A program made the position numbers and the translations under genes. From an uncultured Pelagibacteraceae bacterium (GTDB lineage: Bacteria; Pseudomonadota; Alphaproteobacteria; Pelagibacterales; AG-422-B15): a stretch of DNA of 64,000 nt. The notes below the pieces were generated by a model. That model had not been told where the DNA came from. It ran no database searches and saw only the letters and a list, made by a program, of their open reading frames with translations. Of the stretch, positions 61,754-64,000 are shown piece after piece; within the stretch, counting starts at the first letter, position 1; each line of letters begins with the position of its first letter. The stretch is from contig CACMLX010000001.1 in assembly GCA_902614655.1 (NCBI GenBank), positions 69,127-133,126 of the forward strand, given 5' to 3'.

Positions 61754-63232
61754 TTAGCTTGTATGTTCTCTGATAAAAATTTCTGCCTTCTGCAGTATTT
61801 TTTTCTTTCGATCTTGTTTCATTTTATCAAAAACACTTACCATCATATTTAGTCTTGGGTTGCTACTAAAGAATTTTCTATTTTTATTTATAAATCTCCA
61901 ATATAAGCCATCGACAGTCTCACACCACTCTCCTTTTTTGAAGTCCATCATTTTCAAATAATAGCTTGAACCACAAATATATGGTTTGGTTGCGAAGATG
62001 CCTCCATCACTAAATAGTCCCATTCCATAGACATTTGGCACCATCACCCATTCAGAAGAGTCAGCAAACATTTCCATAAACCATTTATATACATATCTTG
62101 GGTGAATCTCGCACAAGTTCATTAAACTAGATAGTATCATTAGCCGTTCAATATGATGTGTCCAACCAAAATTAAGAGCATTCTTAATTGAATGATCTAA
62201 AGGAGGTATACCTGTTTCAGCGGTATACCAATCATTTTTGAATTTTCTTTTATGATTAAAAAAATTTGATGCTTCCATTTTAGGCGAGTAGTTATGATAA
62301 ATACCTCTCATAAATTCCCTCCATCCAATAACTTGTCTAATGTATCCCTCAAGTGAATTTATACTTATCTTTCCTCTATATTTTTTTAATCTATTAATTA
62401 TTTCTTGGGGTGTAATCAACCCTATATTGATAAGCGGGCTTAATGCGCTATGAAACAGGATGTTATCTCTTTGACTTACTGCGTCTTCGTAGTCTCCAAA
62501 TAAATTAAGTTTATTTTTAATAAAATCGTCCAGCCAATCTGAAGCATCTTTATGTGTTGTTGGTAGCCAAAAGTTATTTGTACTACCAGGGTGTTTTTTA
62601 AATTTTTCTTCTATGAAGTTTTTTAAATGTTTTGTGTGTTTGGTTTCACTTGATTTTGGTTGTTTTGGAAGTTTTAGATCTTGCGGGAGTTTTTTTCTAT
62701 TATCTTTATCAAAGCTCCATTTGCCGCCGACAGGTTTTCCGTTTTTAATTAGTAAGTCAAATTTTAATCTACTTTCTTTATAATAAGTTGCCATGAAAGG
62801 CTTTTTTTGTTTTGACAGATATTTTTTAAAATCATCACGTGAATTAAGAAACATAGGTGTTTGTATTACGTTATGCTCAAGATTTTTTTGAATAATAAAT
62901 TTTTTAATGCGTTTCTCGAATGGCGTATCTTCGATCTCAAAGTGGCTTACTTTATTTATTTTATGTTTTTTTATAGATTTTTCTAATTTATCTTCATACT
63001 TTTTTTCAAAATTGTTTTGACAGTCATAATAGTCAACTGAAAAACCTTTCTTTATTAATAAATCTCGGTAACTTCTCATAGAGGAAAGAAACTGTAGAAT
63101 TTTTAACTTATGATGTTTTTCATATGAACACAGACCAAGATCCTCACACATGAATATTTTATTCTTTTTATATTTACTTAGATGTTTTGGATCAAAAAGC
63201 TGATTTCCTAAAATAATAAAAAGATCGTTCAT
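61754..63232 (-). CDS. cryptochrome/photolyase-related protein (COG3046; PhrB/CryB-like FeS-BCP family)
   Basis: 492 aa. The N-terminus (LFIILGNQLF, KHHK.K) and the C-terminal half (GWREFMRG, WTHHIERLM, EWVMVPNVYGMG.F.DGG...KPYI) match the family related to bacterial (6-4) photolyases. Confidence 0.8.
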   Translation of the reverse strand: MNDLFIILGNQLFDPKHLSKYKKNKIFMCEDLGLCSYEKHHKLKILQFLSSMRSYRDLLIKKGFSVDYYDCQNNFEKKYEDKLEKSIKKHKINKVSHFEIEDTPFEKRIKKFIIQKNLEHNVIQTPMFLNSRDDFKKYLSKQKKPFMATYYKESRLKFDLLIKNGKPVGGKWSFDKDNRKKLPQDLKLPKQPKSSETKHTKHLKNFIEEKFKKHPGSTNNFWLPTTHKDASDWLDDFIKNKLNLFGDYEDAVSQRDNILFHSALSPLINIGLITPQEIINRLKKYRGKISINSLEGYIRQVIGWREFMRGIYHNYSPKMEASNFFNHKRKFKNDWYTAETGIPPLDHSIKNALNFGWTHHIERLMILSSLMNLCEIHPRYVYKWFMEMFADSSEWVMVPNVYGMGLFSDGGIFATKPYICGSSYYLKMMDFKKGEWCETVDGLYWRFINKNRKFFSSNPRLNMMVSVFDKMKQDRKKKILQKAEIFIREHTS

Positions 63233-63247
63233 AAGTAATTAAAAGAA

Positions 63248-63793
63248 TTAAAGCTGAAGAGCTTTTTCTATTTCACTTATAAATTTTTTAGAGGATGGAC
63301 GAGTTAATGCCGTATAGCCTGCAATTGCATTACCATCTTTACCTATTATAATTTTATGAAAATTCCACCTAGGAACTCCTCCGATAAAACCTAATTCTTT
63401 TTTGGACCATTTGAAAAATGGATGAGCGTCTTTGCCTTTGACAGTATTTTTTTCTGTAAGTGGAAATGTTATGCTAAAAGTACTTTCACAAAATTCTTTT
63501 ACTTCACTATTTGTACCTGACTCTTGATTTCCAAAATCATTAGATGGGACACCCAATACAACCAGACCTTGATCTTTATAGTCATCATAAAGTTTTTGTA
63601 GTCCATCGTATTGATAAGTAAAGCCGCATAAACTTGCAGTGTTTACAACAACAAGCGTTTTACCCTTGTAGTCTGACAGGTTAATCATATCTTCTTCGTT
63701 AATATCTTTAAAAGAATAACTATATGCATTTTCTGACATTGAGGCTCCTGTGTTTAAGAGAAATATAAGGCAAAAAGTTAGAAATACTTTCAT
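63248..63793 (-). CDS. glutathione peroxidase family protein with signal peptide
   Basis: N-terminal signal sequence, catalytic Cys motif NTASLCGFT (Cys, not Sec), and the later FPLT / WNF(H)K motifs; 181 aa. Confidence 0.88.
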   Translation of the reverse strand: MKVFLTFCLIFLLNTGASMSENAYSYSFKDINEEDMINLSDYKGKTLVVVNTASLCGFTYQYDGLQKLYDDYKDQGLVVLGVPSNDFGNQESGTNSEVKEFCESTFSITFPLTEKNTVKGKDAHPFFKWSKKELGFIGGVPRWNFHKIIIGKDGNAIAGYTALTRPSSKKFISEIEKALQL

Positions 63794-63799
63794 TCTAAA

Positions 63800-64000
63800 T
63801 TAAAAATTTATCAATATATGCACATAGACACTTGCAAAGTATCCAATTGCTATAATTGGTGTCCATTTTAAATGACCAAAGAAAGTATACATGCCTCTTG
63901 ATTGACCCATTAAAGCTACGCCTGCTGCAGATCCTATAGATAACATGCTGCCGCCTACACCAGCAGTTAAAGTAACAAGCAGCCATTGTGAGTCTGGCAT
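63800..64000 (-). CDS. nhaD: NhaD-type Na+/H+ antiporter (ArsB/NhaD permease superfamily), C-terminal fragment; gene continues beyond the window
   Basis: The C-terminal sequence GGSMLSIGSAAGVALMGQSRGMYTFFGHLKWTPIIAIGY resembles NhaD C-termini. The reading frame is open to the window edge, so the Met at 64000 is not the start. Confidence 0.6.
   Translation of the reverse strand: MPDSQWLLVTLTAGVGGSMLSIGSAAGVALMGQSRGMYTFFGHLKWTPIIAIGYFASVYVHILINF

Noticed and set aside
60375-63793. A mobile genomic island integrated at tRNA-Glu.
   Set aside because: There is no integrase, transposase or phage gene. By eye I could find no direct repeat of the tRNA 3' end downstream. The region is kept only as a low-confidence islet hypothesis in the findings.
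63795-63986. A 63-aa alternative-frame ORF overlapping the terminal NhaD-like ORF.
   Set aside because: It lies on the same strand in a different frame and has no family resemblance. The 63800-64000 frame has a clear NhaD-like C-terminus.
1-64000. CRISPR arrays, tandem repeats, IS elements, toxin-antitoxin pairs, restriction-modification or other defence genes, rRNA and tmRNA.
   Set aside because: No non-coding gap is long enough apart from those already explained. I saw no repeat-spacer periodicity by eye. Every sizeable ORF has a housekeeping or metabolic family assignment. A computational repeat search would still be needed to exclude short dispersed repeats.

Overview
This is a very AT-rich, tightly packed chromosomal segment, about 30% G+C by eye. 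Intergenic spacers are almost absent and many start/stop codons overlap (ATGA, TAATG). Gene content and synteny are alphaproteobacterial: rpsM-rpsK-rpoA-rplQ without rpsD, bamE / ubiquinol-cytochrome c chaperone / plsX / ihfA / MerR, ctaA, hppA. Together with the streamlining, this suggests a SAR11/Pelagibacterales-like marine genome; that assignment is inference, not proof. I support about 70 protein genes, nearly all housekeeping. They cover ribosomal proteins, propionyl-CoA carboxylase, gatCAB, topA, parC, spoT, the pdxJ-acpS-lepB-rnc-era-recO block, the glyA-nrdR-rib-nusB block, metY, argC, hom, glpX and recJ. There are also two tRNAs, Ser-GCU and Glu-UUC. I found no CRISPR array, IS element, integrase, toxin-antitoxin pair or recognisable defence system, and I do not claim a clearly novel system. 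The items most worth a second look are listed here.
- A structured leader carrying a terminator hairpin lies upstream of metY and is a candidate SAM-II/SAM-V-type riboswitch.
- A 3-hydroxyisobutyrate-dehydrogenase-family gene is broken by a +1 frameshift inside an A8 run.
- A small redox/light-stress gene set sits just downstream of tRNA-Glu: an alternative oxidase-DUF4149-60 aa operon, converging on a photolyase-like protein and a glutathione peroxidase. The photolyase-like protein lacks the CxxC pair of the Fe-S cluster ligands.
- The RibB fusion has a degenerate GTP cyclohydrolase II domain.
- A gamma-butyrobetaine-dioxygenase-like protein lacks its N-terminal zinc-site cysteines.
- Several convergent gene pairs have overlapping or abutting 3' ends.
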